A DNA stretch of 64,000 nucleotides from a virus. The stretch is from IMG/VR virus record IMGVR_UViG_3300011254_000489, positions 1 through 64,000 of that record. One strand, written 5' to 3'. This document shows positions 29,993 through 40,269 of the stretch, in pieces. Position numbers and translations under genes: made by a program. Every line of letters starts with the position of its first letter. Position 1 is the stretch's first letter. The notes beneath the pieces were generated by a model that was not told where the DNA came from, did not search any database, and worked only from the letters and a program-made list of their open reading frames with translations.

Positions 29993-31882
29993 ATGGCGGC
30001 AAGTAATAACAACGGCGGATTTTCAAGAATGGGAGCAGACCCTACAGTTAGTGGTCTAAGAGATGGAACAGATTTTCCTCATAGTGGAATTTACCATGCT
30101 TTGAATTCTGCTACTCAAGGAAATTATGCAATCATTGATGGTAATAATTTCAACATTACACAAACAGATGTTGCTTCCAATAGTAGATTTGTTGTAGCGG
30201 CAGGTAGGGTTTTTAGAGATGGGGCATTAGTAGCGGAAATTGCTACTGCTACTTTCAATCAAGGCACACCTTCTACATTTGATGAACCCACTAGCGGGAA
30301 TGCTTACTTTTTACTAGTAGTTAATTCTTCAAATGCTTTAGCAATTTTAGGAGATAAGGCTACTACTGATTTAGTTCCTAATTTAACAAATAGGGACGAG
30401 ATACCTATTGCAGTTATTAGACTGACTAGTGGGGAAAACTATGACGCTAGACATATTCAATTTTTAACTACTTCTAAGGATGAAAATTCATTAAGTATTG
30501 GGCATAATGATAGCGGTTATACTGAATCGGGAAATATTACAGGGGATGCTAATAGCATAGATATTGTTTCAACTCCTAGTAATGCAGATATTAACTTAGT
30601 ACCAAACGGTACGGGGAAGGTGGGCGTTGGTACTGCTTCTCCTGCTACTAAATTACATGTGGTAGGAGGGGCGACTCCTATTGTTAGAGTAGATGGGGGT
30701 ACTAATCATGCTACTACTACCGTAGATAATAACATTCAAGGAGTTGAAATAAGTAAAAATGGAATGAATACGACAAATAAATACAACGGCGGATATAAAT
30801 TTACTTCTACGGATACTGCTTTTACTACTCATAGTCCTAAGATGTTAGCGGCTATGGTACATAGAGCATTACAGACTTATGATGCTGATTCTAAAGGTAA
30901 TTCAGCAATTGATTTCTTTATCCATGATGGTACTACTACTGACGGAACCGGCCCTGCATCTGTTAAACACACACTGACTTCTAGTGCTTTAGGTATTGGG
31001 ACTGATGACCCCGCCGCAGAAGTGCATATAATGGGAGCAAATGCCCCCGAATTAAGGCTACAAGAAAACGGTAATGATGGATATACTTCTGTTGTCGCTT
31101 ACTCGGATAGTTACGGAGGATTGGCGGTAAGAGATAATGCAGGAAGCGATTCCACCATTTTAGACATAGATGTGGAGTCGGCAGGAACAGGCGCACAAAC
31201 ACTTCGCTTATTTAGGACTAGTAATGCTAGTGCTAGTTCTACTAAATTCCAAATATTATCAGCAGGAACTACAACCGAGGTTTTCCGAGTGGCGGCTGAT
31301 GACGGAGATACCACTATTGCCCAATCCTTAAAATTATCAGTGACTAGCCAAGATGGTTATATTGATAACATAATTGACGATAAAGATATAATCTTTAGAG
31401 CAAGTACCTCTAGTGCAACAAATGAAATTATGCGTGTTGATAGTACTCAACAGGCAGTCTCTATTGGAACTGTTACCTCTAATGCTAAATTAACTGTTGA
31501 TGGGGATATTTCTAGAAAGGGATTAGTTAGAAATGTAACTATTGCTTTAGGTACGCCCTTACCTTCAGGGGATACTTATGTTATTGTGGATACTGATGAT
31601 TATATCCAAGCCTCTGCCCCTGTGGGTTTACCTTTAGAGTTGCAGTTGCCCGATGCAGGAGCAGACGATTTAGGAAGAACATTCCGTAGTGTTGCTAGAG
31701 AAGTTACTGGCGGATTGACTTTAACGAGAACAGGTTCAAGTGATAACCTCTTTGACCCCGCAGGTACTCCTATTACCGAAGCCATTACAGGAACAAGCAA
31801 TATTTTAACTATGGTTGCGGGAAAGGTATATGATGTCACATGTAATGATGCAGACCAATGGACTGTAATAACACTAAACTGA
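29993..31882 (+). CDS. Tail fibre / receptor-binding protein
   Basis: Repeats GKVGVGTASPATKLHVVG, LGIGTDDPAAEVHIMG and VSIGTVTSNAKLTVDG are typical fibre repeats; start MAASN after GAGGTGG. Confidence 0.75.
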   Translation: MAASNNNGGFSRMGADPTVSGLRDGTDFPHSGIYHALNSATQGNYAIIDGNNFNITQTDVASNSRFVVAAGRVFRDGALVAEIATATFNQGTPSTFDEPTSGNAYFLLVVNSSNALAILGDKATTDLVPNLTNRDEIPIAVIRLTSGENYDARHIQFLTTSKDENSLSIGHNDSGYTESGNITGDANSIDIVSTPSNADINLVPNGTGKVGVGTASPATKLHVVGGATPIVRVDGGTNHATTTVDNNIQGVEISKNGMNTTNKYNGGYKFTSTDTAFTTHSPKMLAAMVHRALQTYDADSKGNSAIDFFIHDGTTTDGTGPASVKHTLTSSALGIGTDDPAAEVHIMGANAPELRLQENGNDGYTSVVAYSDSYGGLAVRDNAGSDSTILDIDVESAGTGAQTLRLFRTSNASASSTKFQILSAGTTTEVFRVAADDGDTTIAQSLKLSVTSQDGYIDNIIDDKDIIFRASTSSATNEIMRVDSTQQAVSIGTVTSNAKLTVDGDISRKGLVRNVTIALGTPLPSGDTYVIVDTDDYIQASAPVGLPLELQLPDAGADDLGRTFRSVAREVTGGLTLTRTGSSDNLFDPAGTPITEAITGTSNILTMVAGKVYDVTCNDADQWTVITLN

Positions 31883-31919
31883 TAGCAAAGTTTATTTTCT
31901 ACACCACCCTCCTTTGCTT

Positions 31920-32075
31920 GTGAGCCTATTAGTTTATTTTTTTGCCGCCTTTATTTTGGGATTTGTTACTGTTTGGTTGGCTACTCCGCCATCAAAAGAC
32001 ACTTTCATAATCTTTGAAAGCGGTGAAGAATTAGATGAAATGTGTTGGGGCGGTCTAAGGAGAGGCCACCAATGA
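31920..32075 (+). CDS. Small single-TM membrane protein (not in ORF track)
   Basis: GTG start, MSLLVYFFAAFILGFVTVWLATPP..., 51 aa; stop overlaps the lyase ATG. Confidence 0.55.
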   Translation: MSLLVYFFAAFILGFVTVWLATPPSKDTFIIFESGEELDEMCWGGLRRGHQ

Positions 32076-32920
32076 AAATTAGAATTGTAGAGGTTTCTCC
32101 TAGAGACGGTCTACAATCGCTAGAAGAATTTGTTCCTACAGAAGTCAAAAGAGATTTGATTAACTCTCTTTACGGTGCAGGTTTCTCTCATGTAGAAGAA
32201 ACAAGTTTTGCTCATCCTAAATTTGTGCCGCAAATGGCTGACGCAGAGCAAGTGTACCAGAAAGGTTCCGTTTTAGTTATGAATAATAGAGGTTTTATTA
32301 GGGCTAAAAAAATAGGAGTAGAGAAAATTAATATTGTTTTTTCTCCTTGTGAAACTTTTAACTTAAATAATATGGGCAAAACTAGAAACGAAATAGTATT
32401 GATGTATAAAACATTCATGGATAGAGTACCAAAAGAAAATGTTAGAGTCTATTTATCTATGGCTTTTGGTAGTCCTTACAGTGGTTCTTTTTCTCCAACT
32501 ACGATTCGTTCTTGTATTAGGGATGCTAAGATGTTTGGAAACACTGTAGTATTTTCCGATACTGTGGGGGTAGGAACTAGAAACGAAGTTGGCTTATTTG
32601 CTGAAATGGCTTTAGAAGAAGGGGTCATCCCCGCCTTACATTTACACCATAAGGGAGAAGAAGAAAGGGCTATATCTTTAGTTAGAGCAGGATTATTTTC
32701 GGGGATAAAAGAATTTGATAGTAGTATAGGTGGCTTAGGTGGCTGTCCTTTCGTTGAAGATAGTGGCGGTAATTTATCTACGGAAGCCCTCGTAGGACAT
32801 TTAGAAGCATGGGGTTTTGATTGTGGAGTAAAAATAGATGATTTGACCCCTGCTAAAAAAATCGCACAATCCATAAAAAATGCCCAAAATGAAAAAATGG
32901 GCCGCATGACTCACCCCTAA
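32072..32920 (+). CDS. hmgL: Hydroxymethylglutaryl-CoA lyase (DRE-TIM metallolyase), auxiliary metabolic gene
   Basis: EVSPRDGLQS, SFAHPKFVPQMAD, DTVG, HLHH, GGLGGCPF...GNLSTE. Confidence 0.9.
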   Translation: MKIRIVEVSPRDGLQSLEEFVPTEVKRDLINSLYGAGFSHVEETSFAHPKFVPQMADAEQVYQKGSVLVMNNRGFIRAKKIGVEKINIVFSPCETFNLNNMGKTRNEIVLMYKTFMDRVPKENVRVYLSMAFGSPYSGSFSPTTIRSCIRDAKMFGNTVVFSDTVGVGTRNEVGLFAEMALEEGVIPALHLHHKGEEERAISLVRAGLFSGIKEFDSSIGGLGGCPFVEDSGGNLSTEALVGHLEAWGFDCGVKIDDLTPAKKIAQSIKNAQNEKMGRMTHP

Positions 32921-32942
32921 AGGTAAGCCATACGACCCTAAT

Positions 32943-33074
32943 TTATTTCCATATGCCGCCGCAACTGCGACATTCCCAAAGTTTAACCTTCTTATCCGAA
33001 CCAATGTAAAATCCTTGAATCCTTATTGCGATTGTTTTTTCTTCGCAATAAATACAAGTTTGTTTTAGACTCAT
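32943..33074 (-). CDS. Small Zn-ribbon protein (not in ORF track)
   Basis: MSLKQTCIYC...LWECRSCGGIWK, 43 aa. Confidence 0.6.
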   Translation of the reverse strand: MSLKQTCIYCEEKTIAIRIQGFYIGSDKKVKLWECRSCGGIWK

Positions 33075-33223
33075 TTCTTATCGGAATGGTTTTCTTTCAT
33101 CAGTCTTTTCATGTAGTCCTCTACTGATTGTTCAGTTAAATTAGACCCACCAAACGCCGCAAAAAACAACAAAATAGTAGTCAAACCAAACAACAATGCT
33201 CCAAACCATTCCCAAGTACTCAT
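33071..33223 (-). CDS. Small single-TM membrane protein (not in ORF track)
   Basis: MSTWEWFGALLFGLTTILLFFAAFGG..., 50 aa, overlaps both neighbours. Confidence 0.6.
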   Translation of the reverse strand: MSTWEWFGALLFGLTTILLFFAAFGGSNLTEQSVEDYMKRLMKENHSDKK

Positions 33224-33816
33224 CACCAATCAACCTCCAAATCTACAAATTCTTCTTTTTCTATTGAGAAGGCTTTGACAAAACCATTCTCTTGACCATA
33301 CTTCCAAATATCATATACGATTTTAGTATCCTTCATACAATATTCTACTACTCTATCATACTCTCCTTGTTTCCAAAGTTTGGGAGCATCTGCACTTTCC
33401 ATTAACTTACTTTCATTAAGAGTATTAACTCCTAAGTTTTGCAGTTGAAATCTTTCTCCGTGATTCTTAGTTAGGATTCTACTTGTATCAATGTACTTTT
33501 TATCCTTTAGGTACTTGTTAATGCAGTAAATATCCATTGAATCTTTAAGGATAGCCAAGTCAAAAGAAGCAATATTATGTCCTAGTAGTACTCCACCTTT
33601 CTGTAGGTGTTCATCTAAGTCGTATTTTAAATCTCTTAGTGTTTTTATAATGTGTCCCGATTTAGCGAAGGTGTCTACTGCTTCATCAACATATACAGTG
33701 CCTACTGAACCATCCCAAGTAGCAACAGTTGAGACTTGAAACATATGAGTATTACCAAACCCACCAATTTCATGAGACATATTTTTTGTCTCTATGTCTA
33801 GTGCTAGAACTGACAT
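33223..33816 (-). CDS. DEDD/RNase H-like 3'-5' exonuclease
   Basis: LDIET (ExoI), GHNIASFD (ExoII), YCMKD (ExoIII); start MSVLALD at 33816. Confidence 0.85.
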   Translation of the reverse strand: MSVLALDIETKNMSHEIGGFGNTHMFQVSTVATWDGSVGTVYVDEAVDTFAKSGHIIKTLRDLKYDLDEHLQKGGVLLGHNIASFDLAILKDSMDIYCINKYLKDKKYIDTSRILTKNHGERFQLQNLGVNTLNESKLMESADAPKLWKQGEYDRVVEYCMKDTKIVYDIWKYGQENGFVKAFSIEKEEFVDLEVDW

Positions 33817-33820
33817 ATTC

Positions 33821-34060
33821 TCACTTCTTGGAATTACCCGACCACGCTTGTTTAATCTTTTGTTGAGTTTCATCAACTGCTTCAACTGGCTCATCTGTTC
33901 GTCGCTTTAAGAAAGCAACAATGTTAGTGTTGGCTACAGTTAGCATAGAACAACATTCCCATCCTTCTTCGCCATAAGTGTTCAGCGATTCAATAATTAC
34001 CTTCGGCCCTTTTGTTACATCAAAAACAATAAATGTGTTTTCCCAATTCATCTTATTCAC
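33821..34060 (-). CDS. DUF4177-like small protein
   Basis: WE....LNTYGEEGWE....AFLKR pattern. Confidence 0.6.
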   Translation of the reverse strand: MNKMNWENTFIVFDVTKGPKVIIESLNTYGEEGWECCSMLTVANTNIVAFLKRRTDEPVEAVDETQQKIKQAWSGNSKK

Positions 34061-35558
34061 CCTTTAATTTTATGAAAGTCTGCCTTCCTTTTTTCTTTAT
34101 TGAGAAGTTGTTTTTTATTTTGTCAAAGTCACGGTACACTTGGGGTTGGCTTTTTCCTGTACGCTTCTGTATTTCCTTCAATAAGTCCGACTTAGAAATG
34201 AATCCTTCTTCATCTTTCTCCATTTCTTGATATTGTTTTAGAAACGCTCCATTTGCCCTGTGTTTCAACTCGTCCTTGTTGGCCGACTTGAGGCTCATTT
34301 CTAACCACTCTATCAATGATTTATAGCAGTTTCGTACAATAAACGCCGCTTGATTAACATTTCTTCCATTGACGATGAACCGCTTTTCATCATCACGGAT
34401 TGAATTAGCCTCTGCTACACAACAAAGAATTGCAATTTTACCTAGCAAACCTAACCATCTAGTTTGGAAATTCTTCACAATGTCCCGAATATCGCCCACT
34501 ACAGAATCACTCCAAGAATCCATATCTGTCAATCTCATGAGTAGAGTATCATTAAATTCCGGTGCAAATCGTATTGTCAAATTAGCATCGGGTTTTCCCG
34601 TTTTGTTATTAGGATGATTTACAGTACCTTCGTATTGTTTCTTAGTCAATTCGTAGACCTTAAACAAAGCATTAGCGAATCTTTCTACGGGCATATTACT
34701 CTCTTCAATAACACCAAAATTGGCTACAATTGTTTCACGAATGCTTCTTTGTATGTCTTCCGGTACATGCTTTACTAATACCAAAGCCCTTTGAAATAAA
34801 CCTGTTTCAACAATCGCTCTATCAAGATTTGATGGAGGGAAGGTAGTTGCTAGAATAGAACGCTGAGAACGACATTCAACTTTTGGCCCTTCCTTTAACT
34901 TCTTAGTAATGACCCAAGAAGACCCACAAAGACTGTTACATAGAGTATTCAAGTAAGTGACAATTCCTTCTTTGTGTTGTGTTTGCTTGAAGATACCGGA
35001 GTTGGAAAATTCATCCCAACGGGCTAGCCCATGTCCGTCTAATTCTCCTTTGATGTGGTTCCATCTGTTATTACCGTCATCGTCAATGTACTGCTCTTGG
35101 TATCCAATCAAAGCGGCATCAGTATATTCTACAATGTCAAAATTATCGTATTGTTCTAGAGGTTTACTCGTAGGTTCTTCGTAATCATCCAATCCTTGAT
35201 TTTCTGCTCTTTGTTCGCTAGCGATAACTTCTCTAGGTCTTAGATTTTGTGACTTGTTAATCTTAGCCCAAAGTATATTGGATACAGGCAATACGAAATC
35301 CATAATTGCCGTCTTACCTGTACCGGAGTTTTGAATCCAAACAAAGTGTAGTCGGGAATCGTCGCTACCCTTTCCTCTAGGGATATGCACAAAATCCTTT
35401 ACTGCTTGTCCTAACAAAACCAAACAAGTTAATGCGGCGGGAACATCGTTGTATTTAGAATACTTCAACGCTTCTTTCATCCATTCACTAACCAATGTTG
35501 GTAGTTTTTCTCCGATAACTTCGGTTTCTTCTTCTTCGTATATTTCATCTTCATTCAT
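34053..35558 (-). CDS. Divergent MCM-like AAA+ helicase with C-terminal winged helix
   Basis: Walker A SGTGKT, Walker B WDEF, ILAT sensor, LFQR; C-terminal HTH. Confidence 0.6.
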   Translation of the reverse strand: MNEDEIYEEEETEVIGEKLPTLVSEWMKEALKYSKYNDVPAALTCLVLLGQAVKDFVHIPRGKGSDDSRLHFVWIQNSGTGKTAIMDFVLPVSNILWAKINKSQNLRPREVIASEQRAENQGLDDYEEPTSKPLEQYDNFDIVEYTDAALIGYQEQYIDDDGNNRWNHIKGELDGHGLARWDEFSNSGIFKQTQHKEGIVTYLNTLCNSLCGSSWVITKKLKEGPKVECRSQRSILATTFPPSNLDRAIVETGLFQRALVLVKHVPEDIQRSIRETIVANFGVIEESNMPVERFANALFKVYELTKKQYEGTVNHPNNKTGKPDANLTIRFAPEFNDTLLMRLTDMDSWSDSVVGDIRDIVKNFQTRWLGLLGKIAILCCVAEANSIRDDEKRFIVNGRNVNQAAFIVRNCYKSLIEWLEMSLKSANKDELKHRANGAFLKQYQEMEKDEEGFISKSDLLKEIQKRTGKSQPQVYRDFDKIKNNFSIKKKGRQTFIKLKGE

Positions 35559-36250
35559 ATTTTCACCTTCTTTTCACTAAATAATACATCTAATATTCTA
35601 GATGCAGTTTTTTCTCCTATGCCGTCAAGTTTAGTGAGGTCTTGTACGGTGTGGAGTCCTATTTCTTGTATGGAACCAAATTGCTTTAAGAGCATTTTGG
35701 CTTTCTTGACTGATACTCCCTTTATTGTAGAGAGTACATCAATACGCAAATCTTCTGTTGTAACTCTTTTGATTACTTCGGGTCTTATGGCCTCCCTGTT
35801 TAGAGGCTTAACTTTACAGAAAGCGGTAATTAAAAGGGCCGCTTCCTTCTCGCTTTCTACCCAAAGAGGTTTGGTATCAGTGTCTAAAGCAATTCTAGAA
35901 ATCCCTCCTAAGAATTTATTCTTGAGCATTAAGGCTCTTGTGCCGTGAGGCATTTTACTTTTAGAATTACTAATTACTGACTCTACGGCTTCGTTTAAGG
36001 AACCATAAATTATGACAAAGTTATGCTTGTAGTGCCTATCCATGTTATCTATTTGATTCCACATTCTTTTATTCATCAAAGAACCTAAGAAATCTACAGT
36101 AGATTTTGCTTCAAAACACATATCATCAAAGACATAATCTCCAACTTCTATCCATTTCTTCTCCATCTCAATTGACAAGTACTTGGCGTGATACTCAACC
36201 AATTCAACCAATTTTGAACCGGCTCTTTCTCTGCTATCAATAACCAACAT
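35555..36250 (-). CDS. ERCC4/XPF (Hef-like) structure-specific nuclease with HhH motifs
   Basis: IDSRE, GDY, EAKS..DF; two HhH (IKGVSVKKA, LDGIGEKTA). Confidence 0.9.
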   Translation of the reverse strand: MLVIDSRERAGSKLVELVEYHAKYLSIEMEKKWIEVGDYVFDDMCFEAKSTVDFLGSLMNKRMWNQIDNMDRHYKHNFVIIYGSLNEAVESVISNSKSKMPHGTRALMLKNKFLGGISRIALDTDTKPLWVESEKEAALLITAFCKVKPLNREAIRPEVIKRVTTEDLRIDVLSTIKGVSVKKAKMLLKQFGSIQEIGLHTVQDLTKLDGIGEKTASRILDVLFSEKKVKI

Positions 36251-36251
36251 C

Positions 36252-36629
36252 TCAATCAGTCCATTGTAAAAGTGTCCGGTATTTAAGCGAAGTGAGGATT
36301 TTGGGTTGGTCTTTTCTGTAGCCTCGCATTGTTTCTAAGAAAAGGAAGACTAGCCATTCATCCCATTCTTCGGGAAACTCACTTCCTTCATTAGAGAAGG
36401 ACTTTGCTTGATAGTAGAAATCGCCCATGTGTAGTGGGTGCTTCCAAAAGACTCTATCTCCTTCCATGTAAACTTCCCAACCGTCTTTACGAATTATCAA
36501 TTCGGGTTGAGGATATTCTCCATCGGGGTCATCATCAAAATATGTTGGTGATTTAGTTAATTTCATCCATTTCTTTAAGTTAAATTTCAATTTAATTCCT
36601 CCATTGTTTTTCGTACTTTTTTTACGCAA
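36252..36629 (-). CDS. Hypothetical protein
   Basis: ORF track; start uncertain. Confidence 0.45.
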   Translation of the reverse strand: MRKKSTKNNGGIKLKFNLKKWMKLTKSPTYFDDDPDGEYPQPELIIRKDGWEVYMEGDRVFWKHPLHMGDFYYQAKSFSNEGSEFPEEWDEWLVFLFLETMRGYRKDQPKILTSLKYRTLLQWTD

Positions 36630-36880
36630 TCATCACAAATGCCTCCGGCATCAAAACAATTAACGCAACCGTGTTTATCTTCTACAGATTTACTAATTTG
36701 TTTAAAGGACTTGTACTCTTGTGGCCCCACCATATCTACTAGTAATTTCAATATTATTCCATTCATGTAAACCATCTTACCCATATTTTCTTGGAGGGCT
36801 TCATGTATTGCTACATTACCTCCTAGTATTAGCAGGAACAATCCTACTAATGATACTCCTACAATTATTTCAATTATCAT
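36587..36880 (-). CDS. Membrane-anchored protein with CxxC..CxxC
   Basis: N-terminal TM; CVNC...CDDC. Confidence 0.55.
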   Translation of the reverse strand: MIIEIIVGVSLVGLFLLILGGNVAIHEALQENMGKMVYMNGIILKLLVDMVGPQEYKSFKQISKSVEDKHGCVNCFDAGGICDDCVKKVRKTMEELN

Positions 36881-37935
36881 TTTTTCACCTCATCTAAGTA
36901 ATTTGGATACCTCCAACATCTTCCGACGCAATATCCTTCGGGGATTAATTTAGTTTTACAGTTAGGCGTTTTATAATTACCATGTACTGTAAACTTAGCG
37001 TGTCTTTTTGTGGTTGATTTATCCCAATCTAACCACACACCGTCTATGGATGCAATCTTTTCTATTTCTTCAATGATTAAATCTAAGACTTCGTTTTTCT
37101 GTTCTGTAGAAATTAACTTTGTTCTCTGTGTTAGTAAGTCCCGATACCAAGAAACAAGATACGCTCTAGCCATATGACTAGGATTTTCCACCATGATAGC
37201 ATTATGCAAACAAGGAAGTAGAGGCAAATTACCCTCAATCTTGCTAACTTTGACTTCTCCTTCTACCATTTCAATAGGAGGCAAATCGGGCCAAATTACA
37301 GGTGAATTATTTGTCACTTTTCTTGCAATTAGTCTAGGCTCGGAGGCCAATGTTTGCAATTCTTGAATGCCCGTTTTTAGGTCGTTTTCAAAGATTGGGA
37401 TACAATAGTAAGGAACTCCGTTTTCATCGGAAGAAGACAGGTTTACTGTGTTTGGAATTCTCCTAAGCCTAGTAGTTTGACCTACTCTATCGTCCAAAGT
37501 AGAATCCGAGCCAAGTAGAGATTTCACCTCTCTGTAAAATGCTTGGATATTTCTAATGTCATCAGTGACTTCCCCGTACACAAACAAGTGAAACCCCTTG
37601 CCGGAGAAAAACATAGTGTGTTGGTAGTCGTGTTTATTGATGTAGTCTAAAACAATAATCAAATCATCAAGTGCTTCCTGTAAATTATCGTCATGGGCAT
37701 CAAAGTCTAAAAAGACTCTATCCAAAATAACAGAAGATTCTACCTTTGCCGTTTCAGCAAAGATAGCGAAATCATATACACTAGTGTAAACATTCGTCCT
37801 ATTGTTAAACTCTTTAACAAAACTTGTGTATTCACTTTTTGATTTCACTATTCTTCTCTTCATCTGTGGTGCGTTCTTGATGTGACTCCCCGCCCACACT
37901 TCCCTCGGAAATTTCATTTTTATTGCCTCCTTCAA
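36877..37935 (-). CDS. priS: Archaeo-eukaryotic primase: PriS catalytic domain fused to PriL Fe-S-like C-terminal domain
   Basis: FLDFD, FSGKGFH, RLRRIPNT; C-terminal PCL..SH.AR...TPNC...GYC...C; start likely MKFPRE. Confidence 0.85.
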   Translation of the reverse strand: MKEAIKMKFPREVWAGSHIKNAPQMKRRIVKSKSEYTSFVKEFNNRTNVYTSVYDFAIFAETAKVESSVILDRVFLDFDAHDDNLQEALDDLIIVLDYINKHDYQHTMFFSGKGFHLFVYGEVTDDIRNIQAFYREVKSLLGSDSTLDDRVGQTTRLRRIPNTVNLSSSDENGVPYYCIPIFENDLKTGIQELQTLASEPRLIARKVTNNSPVIWPDLPPIEMVEGEVKVSKIEGNLPLLPCLHNAIMVENPSHMARAYLVSWYRDLLTQRTKLISTEQKNEVLDLIIEEIEKIASIDGVWLDWDKSTTKRHAKFTVHGNYKTPNCKTKLIPEGYCVGRCWRYPNYLDEVKK

Positions 37936-38209
37936 AACTGATTGTTGCTTGTCCTAACATTTCTCTAATTACTTCTGCTATTTCGCCTCGTAGTTGTATT
38001 TTAACTGCTTCCCTAAAAGCGTCTTCAAAAGAATATCCGACAAAACCTTCGTTTAATTTTAATTCTCTTACTAATTCAAACCTTTCAATTAATTTAGATT
38101 CGTTATAGATTTCTTCACATAGTATTTCTATGGTGTCTTTTAGATTAGAAATCTCTAAGAAAGTCCAAGACCTAGATAATACTTTTAGTTTGATATTATT
38201 TTTATTCAT
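37832..38209 (-). CDS. Hypothetical protein
   Basis: 125-aa ORF overlapping the primase start. Confidence 0.55.
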   Translation of the reverse strand: MNKNNIKLKVLSRSWTFLEISNLKDTIEILCEEIYNESKLIERFELVRELKLNEGFVGYSFEDAFREAVKIQLRGEIAEVIREMLGQATISFEGGNKNEISEGSVGGESHQERTTDEEKNSEIKK

Positions 38210-38331
38210 TATCCCACCCCATAATAGTATTTATTCGTTCTAATAAAATTTTAGAAACATCATTTCTACCCATAGCACTAATAATACTGATTGCATCTGT
38301 GGCTACCGCCATTATACTATCTTTCATAATA

Positions 38332-39231
38332 TCACATCAACCAAGTTTCTTCATCACACAATGGGAAATAACTACAATGGGCGCAAGTCTTGTAGAAGAA
38401 CTTAGTGGGGAAGTTTTTATTCTCATAAGCGTGTATTAGTCTAGCAATAGATTTCATAGCAGAATTCTTAGATTGCTTTTTTACTTTCTCACAATACATA
38501 TGATTGGAAATAGGATAATACCAAGACCAATGAGTAACAGGTACTCCTTCTTCTAGTCCTGCATTTTGCAGAACCGCAGGACTACTATTCTCAATAAGTA
38601 TTTGATAGAACGCCATTTCCTTTCTCATAGGAGAAGTTTTTGTGTCTTTCCACGGCCCTGTTTTAAACTCCATAGGAATGTAGCCTTCCCCTTCTTGAAA
38701 GATTCTGTCAATGATTCCTTGTAAGTGTACCTTGTACGGGCGAGTCAATGGATACTTAGGGTCGGTATTAGCCTCAATAATAATCTCACAATCAAACTTA
38801 CCTTCGTTGCATACAGGCAAAAATTCATGAATTTTACCTTCTTTCTTAGCATCCATAAATCTCTGCGCTTCAAAGATTGCGATTCCTGCATAGTCATCAA
38901 AGTACTCATCTAAAGGAAACAGTGAAGAACAATAGTCAATAACTTCTGTACTGTTCATAGTTTCTGCTTTCTTAATATCAAACGCATTAAAGAAATCCTC
39001 TCTTGCGTTGTGCATAATCGTTCCTTTTCGCATTGCTTCGGATTGGTCTTGAGGTCTTCGTTCAATGTAATTATATTCGTATTTCTTAGGACACCAAATA
39101 TGAGAACCCAAAGAAGACTTTGTAATCTTCAAAATGGGTTCGCTAGGGTCATCGTAATTTTCCGGCAACCACTGATATGTGTAGTCGTCCATCGCTTCTA
39201 TTTCTGCATTATATTTTTCTTCATTATTCAT
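38332..39231 (-). CDS. Cas4-like PD-(D/E)xK exonuclease with 4Fe-4S Cys
   Basis: WCP (N-terminal Cys), GTIMH, GIIDR, EFKTG, CAHCSYFPLC; no CRISPR context. Confidence 0.85.
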   Translation of the reverse strand: MNNEEKYNAEIEAMDDYTYQWLPENYDDPSEPILKITKSSLGSHIWCPKKYEYNYIERRPQDQSEAMRKGTIMHNAREDFFNAFDIKKAETMNSTEVIDYCSSLFPLDEYFDDYAGIAIFEAQRFMDAKKEGKIHEFLPVCNEGKFDCEIIIEANTDPKYPLTRPYKVHLQGIIDRIFQEGEGYIPMEFKTGPWKDTKTSPMRKEMAFYQILIENSSPAVLQNAGLEEGVPVTHWSWYYPISNHMYCEKVKKQSKNSAMKSIARLIHAYENKNFPTKFFYKTCAHCSYFPLCDEETWLM

Positions 39232-39232
39232 A

Positions 39233-40138
39233 TTACCACCAATCCGATAGTTTCTTTTCTTTAGTTTTTATGCTTGCAGTGTCCCATTCCATTGCTTTGT
39301 AAACGGGTTCTGCTTTCTTAATTACTTGGTCTGCATAATGTGACCAATCGGGAGAATACTCTCTTAGTTCGTCAAAGGTTCTTCCTGCAACATAGGTCGC
39401 CTCTACTTGTTTTCCTGTTAGCGGGTTAGTATAATGTCCTGCCGGTTTGCACTTGATGAAAACATAAGAGTCAATATTAGTAGGCAGATTTAGTTTTTCT
39501 ACTCCGAATAATATTGCCGAATTACCTGCTCCGAATACCGGCTTCTTACCTTCTTTAGTAGTGAAGGTTGTAAACTCAGCCGCACACTTAGAACAGAAAT
39601 TTGTTCTCTTACCTTGTGTGAATTTGTGCTTTTTCTGTAAATCAAACACAGAATAGCCCTTACCACAAGAACATTTTACCTTAAAGCGTTCTTCCTTAAA
39701 CCGACTTCTTTTGACAATAGATTCAAAATCTATTTCCCCTTTCAGTACAGTAGAATACTTTTGATGTAGGTATTCGTTTATTTCTTCAAACGAACATTGG
39801 TCTACCCACATTCTAAGAACAGTGCTTTGAATATCTCTAGCAAAACCTGTTTCGGAAATTTTCTTAGCAGTAAATCCTGTCATTACAAACTTGGGTTCGT
39901 CCAACCAAACACCATCTAGCCAAGATACAAGACCTACATTTCGGTTCTTAGTAGTCCCTACTCCTAAACTAGAATAGAATTTCTCAAACTCCAATACTAC
40001 AGGGTGTTGTTCTAGACCAAGTACATTAGGAAAGGATTCTCTAACATGGTCGTTAATTTCTTCTATTGCTACCTTTGCTTTTTCTACTGAATCGCATTTA
40101 ATATAAATAGAATCTGTGTGTCCATATACTACTTTCAT
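39233..40138 (-). CDS. polB: Family B DNA polymerase, C-terminal subunit (motif C, thumb)
   Basis: YGHTDS motif C, LEFEK, KNRN; Zn-finger CSC...CSKC; PIP-like KKLSDWW. Confidence 0.9.
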   Translation of the reverse strand: MKVVYGHTDSIYIKCDSVEKAKVAIEEINDHVRESFPNVLGLEQHPVVLEFEKFYSSLGVGTTKNRNVGLVSWLDGVWLDEPKFVMTGFTAKKISETGFARDIQSTVLRMWVDQCSFEEINEYLHQKYSTVLKGEIDFESIVKRSRFKEERFKVKCSCGKGYSVFDLQKKHKFTQGKRTNFCSKCAAEFTTFTTKEGKKPVFGAGNSAILFGVEKLNLPTNIDSYVFIKCKPAGHYTNPLTGKQVEATYVAGRTFDELREYSPDWSHYADQVIKKAEPVYKAMEWDTASIKTKEKKLSDWW

Positions 40139-40269
40139 TGTTTATCTCTCCCTATTAAAAACATTCTTGCTTCAATAGCCTTAGTAATACAGGGGTCACA
40201 CACTTTGTATTTCCCGCATCTTAGTCCTCTTGATTCAGCATTCTCTTCTCTACACATATCGCACTTCAT
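40135..40269 (-). CDS. Small Zn-finger protein (not in ORF track)
   Basis: MKCDMC...VCDPC, 44 aa; ATGA overlaps on both sides. Confidence 0.6.
   Translation of the reverse strand: MKCDMCREENAESRGLRCGKYKVCDPCITKAIEARMFLIGRDKQ

Noticed and set aside
38332-39231. Cas4-like gene as evidence of a CRISPR-Cas system
   Set aside because: No repeat-spacer array or other cas genes were seen; solo Cas4-like nucleases are common in viral replication modules.
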